NCBI GenBank assembly: GCA_964450075.1
Contig: CAYVFA010000001.1
Span: forward strand, 11,893-75,892
From: an uncultured Smithella sp.
GTDB lineage: Bacteria > Desulfobacterota > Syntrophia > Syntrophales > Smithellaceae
Direction: 5' to 3'
Length of the DNA stretch: 64,000 bases
Positions 57,521-64,000 of this stretch are shown piece after piece. A program made the translations under genes and the position numbers. Numbering within the stretch: position 1 is the first letter of the stretch; each line of letters begins with the position of its first letter. The notes under the pieces were generated by a model. The model was not told where the DNA came from, searched no databases, and saw only the letters and a program-made list of their open reading frames with translations.

Positions 57521-58354
57521 ATGTCACTAAATACTTTTGAATTGAAAAACAGCGACTTTGAAAAGATCAGTCGTCTTGTTTACGAACAATGCGGAATTTT
57601 TCTTCACGAAGGCAAGAAAGAACTGGTCAAGGCGCGTTTGAGCAAACGGCTTCGGGCTGGCGGTTATAAATCCTTTACCGATTATTACCATTATGTTACA
57701 ACCAATGAGGGTACCGAAGAATTGATCTCCATGATCGATTCGATCTCAACCAATTTAACATCTTTTTTTCGTGAGGAGAGCCATTTTGTAAGACTTCGAC
57801 ATATTTTGCTGGCCAATTTAGAAAAATCCGGCCACCGGGGAGCTCAAAAAAGTTTCAAAATCTGGTCTGCGGGATGTTCCACCGGCGAAGAACCTTACAC
57901 CCTGGCCATTACGGTTTCGGAAGCCGTCGGACAAATTCCATTAGATGCTTCCATTTTGGCAACCGATATTTCAACAAAGGTATTACGAATTGCCCAGGCC
58001 GGAATTTATGCTCAGGACAGAACGAAAGGAATTGCGCTTCCTATTTTAAAAAAGTATTTTCAGGTCGGGACGGGGAATTCCGAAGGCTATGTTCGGATTA
58101 AAAGTGATTTGAAAAAAATGATCACATTCCAGCGGTTTAACCTGATGGATCATTTTCATTTCCAAAATACTTATGATGTCATCTTCTGCAGGAATGTCAT
58201 GATTTATTTTGACAAAAGTACCCAGAATGTTTTGGTCAACAAGTTTTACGATTCCCTGAAAAGCGGCGGATATTTTTTTGTCGGTCATTCGGAAAGCTTG
58301 ACCGGTTTGAAGCATCGTTTTAATTATGTTGAACCGAGCGTTTATTTAAAATAA
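57521..58354 (+). CDS. cheR: Chemotaxis protein methyltransferase CheR
   Basis: TSFFRE, IWSAGCSTGEEPYTLA and IFCRNVMIYFD. Confidence 0.92.
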   Translation: MSLNTFELKNSDFEKISRLVYEQCGIFLHEGKKELVKARLSKRLRAGGYKSFTDYYHYVTTNEGTEELISMIDSISTNLTSFFREESHFVRLRHILLANLEKSGHRGAQKSFKIWSAGCSTGEEPYTLAITVSEAVGQIPLDASILATDISTKVLRIAQAGIYAQDRTKGIALPILKKYFQVGTGNSEGYVRIKSDLKKMITFQRFNLMDHFHFQNTYDVIFCRNVMIYFDKSTQNVLVNKFYDSLKSGGYFFVGHSESLTGLKHRFNYVEPSVYLK

Positions 58355-58357
58355 TCT

Positions 58358-58840
58358 ATGAGCGATTTAATTGTCGGAATATCTGACATAAAGGTCAGTA
58401 ACAGCACGAACGACGTCATTATTACATACGCGTTGGGTTCATGTATCGGTATTGCTGTTTTTGATCCTTTTGCCAAGGTCGGAGGGCTTCTGCATTACAT
58501 GCTACCGGATTCTAATCTGGATGAAAGGAAGGCTAAAGATAATCCTGCGATGTTTGCCGATACGGGTATTCCATCGTTGTTTAAAGCCTGTTATGCCTTA
58601 GGGGCGGAAAAGAAACGAATGATTGTCAAGGTGGCCGGTGGCGCCAGTATCCTGGATGATACAAATTTTTTCCGTATTGGTCAGAAAAATATTATGGCCA
58701 TGAGGAAAATATTCTGGAAGAACAATGTTATGGTTAATGCTGAAGATACGGGCGCGAATCATAATCGAACCGTTCGTCTGGAAATGGCTACGGGGAAAAT
58801 ATTTGTTCGAACCTCCGGAGGTGAAATGAAAGAACTATGA
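58358..58840 (+). CDS. cheD: Chemoreceptor glutamine deamidase CheD
   Basis: YALGSCIGIAVFDP..VGGLLHYMLP. Confidence 0.88.
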   Translation: MSDLIVGISDIKVSNSTNDVIITYALGSCIGIAVFDPFAKVGGLLHYMLPDSNLDERKAKDNPAMFADTGIPSLFKACYALGAEKKRMIVKVAGGASILDDTNFFRIGQKNIMAMRKIFWKNNVMVNAEDTGANHNRTVRLEMATGKIFVRTSGGEMKEL

Positions 58841-59688
58841 ATGCAATCAAACGTATCCTGAAATCAATTGATACCATTCCGGCATTTCCCGCGACAGGCA
58901 GCAAAGTTGCTCAATTGCTCAGCAAACCGGACTACTCTGTTTTGCAGGTGGCCAATGTTGTTAAATATGATCCCTCCATAACGGCAAACATCCTGAAGAT
59001 GGCCAATTCATCCTATTTCGGGTCTCAGCATAAAATCAGCAACATTAATGACGCGGTCATGTATCTGGGCCAGAAGAATCTTTTGCGGGCGATTCAGACG
59101 GCCGGCATTTCCAAATATTACAAAAAAGGTTCATCCGGCTATTACGACAAGGCGACGGATTTGTGGGAACATTCCGTGGCGGTGGCCTTAATGTCGCAGA
59201 TTTTATCCAGGAAGATCACCGGCGAAGAGAATACAACGCTTTACACGGCGGCGCTTCTGCATGATGTCGGGAAAATCATTATGGGTGAGTTTGTCCGCGA
59301 TGAAATGAAAAAAATCGTGATGCTTGTTTCAGAACACCACATGTCGTTTCTGGAGGCGGAGGAGACGGTTTTGGGAATCAACCATGCGGATCTGGGTGGG
59401 AAAATTGCCGAACACTGGAATTTCCCGATAGAAATACGTGACGCCATTTCTTTTCATCATCGACCGGATCTGCTCGAAAAAGAAGACAAGACCATGCCAT
59501 GGATTGTTTACATGGCGGATGAAGCGTGCTTGATGATGGGCATCGGCAGCGCGGTGGAAGGTCTGGCGCAGCGGGCGGTGGGCGAACTGCTCAAAAAATT
59601 TAATTTGAGGATGAAGGATCTGGAAATAAGCATGGTGATGTTGTCGGATGATTTAAATAGCGCCAAAGAACTCATCAGTATTGTATAG
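58837..59688 (+). CDS. HDOD domain protein
   Basis: LPAFPATGSKVAQLL....VANVVKYDPSITANILKMANSSYFG and LLHDVGK. Confidence 0.85.
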   Translation: MNAIKRILKSIDTIPAFPATGSKVAQLLSKPDYSVLQVANVVKYDPSITANILKMANSSYFGSQHKISNINDAVMYLGQKNLLRAIQTAGISKYYKKGSSGYYDKATDLWEHSVAVALMSQILSRKITGEENTTLYTAALLHDVGKIIMGEFVRDEMKKIVMLVSEHHMSFLEAEETVLGINHADLGGKIAEHWNFPIEIRDAISFHHRPDLLEKEDKTMPWIVYMADEACLMMGIGSAVEGLAQRAVGELLKKFNLRMKDLEISMVMLSDDLNSAKELISIV

Positions 59689-60094
59689 TCATACTTAAGG
59701 GAAGGTGACGTTATGTCATTTAATGTTTTAATTGTGGATGATTCCAATTCCATTCGGGCAGTCATCAAAAAAATTGTAACCATATCCGGATTTAAGATGG
59801 ATAATTGCCTGGAAGCGGGAAATGGCCGAGAGGCCATGGAGTTGCTTGCCGATAACTGGGTGGATGTGATCATTTCCGATATCAACATGCCGGAAGTCAA
59901 TGGCTTGGAATTTCTAGCGTTACTGGCAAAAAACGATACCTTGAAGGAAATTCCAGTGATCATGATTACAACGGAAGGATCTGATCAGCGCATGAAGGAA
60001 GCTTTTGCTTGCGGGGCAAAAGGTTTTATTAAAAAACCTTTTTTGCCGGAAGAAATTAAAAAGGTTCTTTACGAAGTGATAGGAGTTGGAAACG

Positions 60095-61644
<1,550 letters not shown>

Positions 61645-61646
61645 TT

Positions 61647-63863
61647 ATGGATTGTCAAAATTTAATCAAACTTTTAAATGCATTGGCCCAGGAATATCTT
61701 TTTATGGATAGTAAAGAGGTGGATATTCCGATGGCGGGTAAGTTGCTCAACCAACTGGAGCTGATTATCGATGAGGCGAAAAAACTCAAAATCACTCCCA
61801 TAAAAAGTTGCGCGGCCAGTCTGACCCAAATCATGGAAAAAACCATTTTAGGCGGAATTGACGATAAAGATTCGGCCGCAAGCGTATTTGAAAGCGGCAT
61901 TCACCTGATGCAGGAAATCGCCGACAGTTACAGTAATACAGGCAAATATGAAGGCAACATTCAAGAATTTCTTGTAAAAAGCAGCGCGGTCGCCGGTGAG
62001 GCAAGTATTGCCAGTGTATCGGTTGATGAAGAAAACAAACCGGATCAGGCAAAGCAGGATGCCGGGGAAAGTAAACCTGCCGCAAGCGATAAAATCGAGA
62101 TACAGGATGAATCGCTGACCCGTGACTTCATTGCCGAAGGTCTTGAATATATTGAAGAGATTGAAATCAATATTCTTAATCTGGAAAACGAACCGGAAAA
62201 CAAAGATTATATCAACGCCATATTTCGTCCTTTTCATTCCATCAAAGGGGTTGCCAGTTTTCTGAATCTGGAGAAAATCCGGTCTCTGGCGCATAATCTG
62301 GAAAGCCTTTTAGACAAAACCCGCAATGGTGAAATATCCGTTACACCTTCTTTGATTGATGTCGTTCTGGATGGCGCGGATATGCTCAAAACGCTCATCG
62401 GTCAATTAAAAGACGTGTTGGAGGGAAAAACCGCCGAGGCGGCCGATCTGGACATCCCCTCGCTGACAACCAGAATCCATAGAATCGAACAAGGTTTTGA
62501 CACAGAAGCCGGCAATAAGAAAATCGGCGACATTCTGGTGGATGACGGCATCATTTCCAAGGAAAAGCTGGAACAGACGCTGAAAACAAATGCGGCGTCA
62601 CCGGATAAAAAAATAGGGCAGGCGTTAATTGAAGAGGGTGTTGTTAAACCCAAACAGGTTTCACAGGCATTGCGCAAGCAGGTTGAACAGGTTACGGATT
62701 TAACGACCATCCGCGTGGATACCAATAAACTGGATGATCTGATCGATATGGTCGGCGAACTGGTCATTACCCAGTCCATGATTTCTCAGGATCTAAAAAA
62801 TCAGGTGAATGCCGATAAAAGATTGACCCGCGATATTTCACAGTTTTTCCGAATTACTTCAGCCCTGCAGCGCGTATCCACCAGTTTAAGAATGATTCCC
62901 ATCAAACAGACGTTTCAACGCATGTCCCGTTTGGTGCGGGATTTAGCTAAAAATGCAGGGAAGAATGTTTCGGTGGAGCTGGTGGGTGAAGATACGGAAA
63001 TCGACCGCAACATGGTTGATGAAATTTATAATCCGCTGGTCCATATGATCCGCAATTCCGTGGATCATGGACTGGAAACGACAGCTGATAGAATCAAAGC
63101 GGGCAAAACGGAAAAAGGCATGATCACCTTGAAGGCTTATCATCGGGGCGGCAATATTGTGATCGAAATTGCTGATGATGGTAAAGGGCTGGACAAACAG
63201 AAAATTATTAACAAGGCCATTAAATCAGGCGTCATCCAGAGCGATGAAAATCTCAGTGATCAGGAAATTTTTAAGCTTATTTTTATGCCCGGTTTATCCA
63301 CGGCTGAAAAAGTAACCGATGTGTCAGGCCGTGGTGTCGGGATGGATGTTGTCAAGCGCGCCGTTGAAAAGCTTCGCGGTAAAATAGAAATTGAAAGTAC
63401 CCTCGGAGAAGGAACAACCTTCATCACCCGTTTCCCCCTGACGCTTGCCATTATCGATGGCATGATCGTGAAAGTTGGCACCGAAAGTTATATTCTGCCC
63501 ACGATATCCATCCGTCAAGCGTTACGCCCGACGCGTGAAAGTTATACCCGTGTCGTAGGGCGCGGTGAAATGATCAACGCGATGGGACAATTGATGCCGC
63601 TGATTCGCATGTATGATTTATTTGATATTGAGCCGGAGCACAAAGAACCCTGGGATGCTATTGTTGTCGTTGTCGATAGTGAAAGCGGCTCAAGATGTTT
63701 GATGGTCGATAAAATTATCGGCAAGGCGGAAGTCGTGGTCAAAGGCCTGGGAGAAGGATTAAAGAACATCAAGGGGTTAGCCGGTGGCGCCATTCTGGGG
63801 AACGGTCGAATTGGTTTGATTATTGATACGGAAGGGCTGTTCGAATTGGCTCAGGAACGTTAA
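61647..63863 (+). CDS. cheA: Chemotaxis histidine kinase CheA
   Basis: The HPt motif is FRPFHSIKGVASFL. The HATPase part is HMIRNSVDHG...DDGKGLD...GRGVGMDVV. A C-terminal CheW-like domain is present. Confidence 0.93.
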   Translation: MDCQNLIKLLNALAQEYLFMDSKEVDIPMAGKLLNQLELIIDEAKKLKITPIKSCAASLTQIMEKTILGGIDDKDSAASVFESGIHLMQEIADSYSNTGKYEGNIQEFLVKSSAVAGEASIASVSVDEENKPDQAKQDAGESKPAASDKIEIQDESLTRDFIAEGLEYIEEIEINILNLENEPENKDYINAIFRPFHSIKGVASFLNLEKIRSLAHNLESLLDKTRNGEISVTPSLIDVVLDGADMLKTLIGQLKDVLEGKTAEAADLDIPSLTTRIHRIEQGFDTEAGNKKIGDILVDDGIISKEKLEQTLKTNAASPDKKIGQALIEEGVVKPKQVSQALRKQVEQVTDLTTIRVDTNKLDDLIDMVGELVITQSMISQDLKNQVNADKRLTRDISQFFRITSALQRVSTSLRMIPIKQTFQRMSRLVRDLAKNAGKNVSVELVGEDTEIDRNMVDEIYNPLVHMIRNSVDHGLETTADRIKAGKTEKGMITLKAYHRGGNIVIEIADDGKGLDKQKIINKAIKSGVIQSDENLSDQEIFKLIFMPGLSTAEKVTDVSGRGVGMDVVKRAVEKLRGKIEIESTLGEGTTFITRFPLTLAIIDGMIVKVGTESYILPTISIRQALRPTRESYTRVVGRGEMINAMGQLMPLIRMYDLFDIEPEHKEPWDAIVVVVDSESGSRCLMVDKIIGKAEVVVKGLGEGLKNIKGLAGGAILGNGRIGLIIDTEGLFELAQER

Positions 63864-63914
63864 CTGAATGATAGCATTCAGCCAAAAAGCTAAAATAATA
63901 TAGTGAGGTAATAT

Positions 63915-64000
63915 ATGAATGAAAAGAATATCAAAGTTTTAATCGTTGACGATTTTGCTACCATGAGAAAAGTGGTTCGTAATCTATTGAAGCAAGTCGG
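63915..64000 (+). CDS. cheY: CheY response regulator, N-terminal part (3' end lies outside the window)
   Basis: MNEKNIKVLIVDDFATMRKVVRNLLKQV...; the frame is open to the window end. Confidence 0.8.
   Translation, partial: MNEKNIKVLIVDDFATMRKVVRNLLKQV

Overview
This 64-kb chromosomal window holds about 58 protein-coding genes. I saw no rRNA, tRNA or CRISPR array. All calls rest on reading the supplied ORF translations and the raw DNA; no searches or computations were run. The housekeeping content is NifU/NifS/CysE, HU, rubrerythrin, an EF-G paralogue, MetK, beta-oxidation genes, a sigma-54 response regulator, HD-GYP and adenylate cyclase signalling proteins, and a CheR-D-Y-X-B-A chemotaxis operon. 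This looks like an anaerobic deltaproteobacterium-like (Desulfobacterota) genome, but that is inference only. The most unusual region is nt 1-13268. It is a same-strand island encoding four caspase-fold (peptidase C14) proteins with intact His/Cys dyad motifs. Every complete member has an N-terminal signal or lipoprotein leader. They are fused to WD40 beta-propellers, a PDZ plus thioredoxin (WCAPC) module, or an FGE-sulfatase domain. Exported TPR and DUF4384 partner proteins and two membrane proteins lie between them, and there is no STAND NTPase. Within the island, a two-gene cassette (an exported adaptor with a shared N-terminal module, then a WD40-caspase 16 nt downstream) occurs twice. A DUF559 cassette and a HEPN/MNT toxin-antitoxin pair are inserted in the middle. 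A fifth caspase lipoprotein (34452-36839) carries a recent 396-nt internal tandem duplication and sits beside a truncated radical-SAM activase remnant. Other points of interest are a six-gene cluster (28152-34172: PHP, GT4, methyltransferase, QW-motif toroid protein, acyltransferase, B12-radical SAM) that may modify a lipid or glycoconjugate, heptanucleotide tandem repeats directly after several stop codons, a sigma-54-type promoter in front of the DUF4384/WD40-caspase pair, and a 59-aa ORF below the ORF-track threshold.
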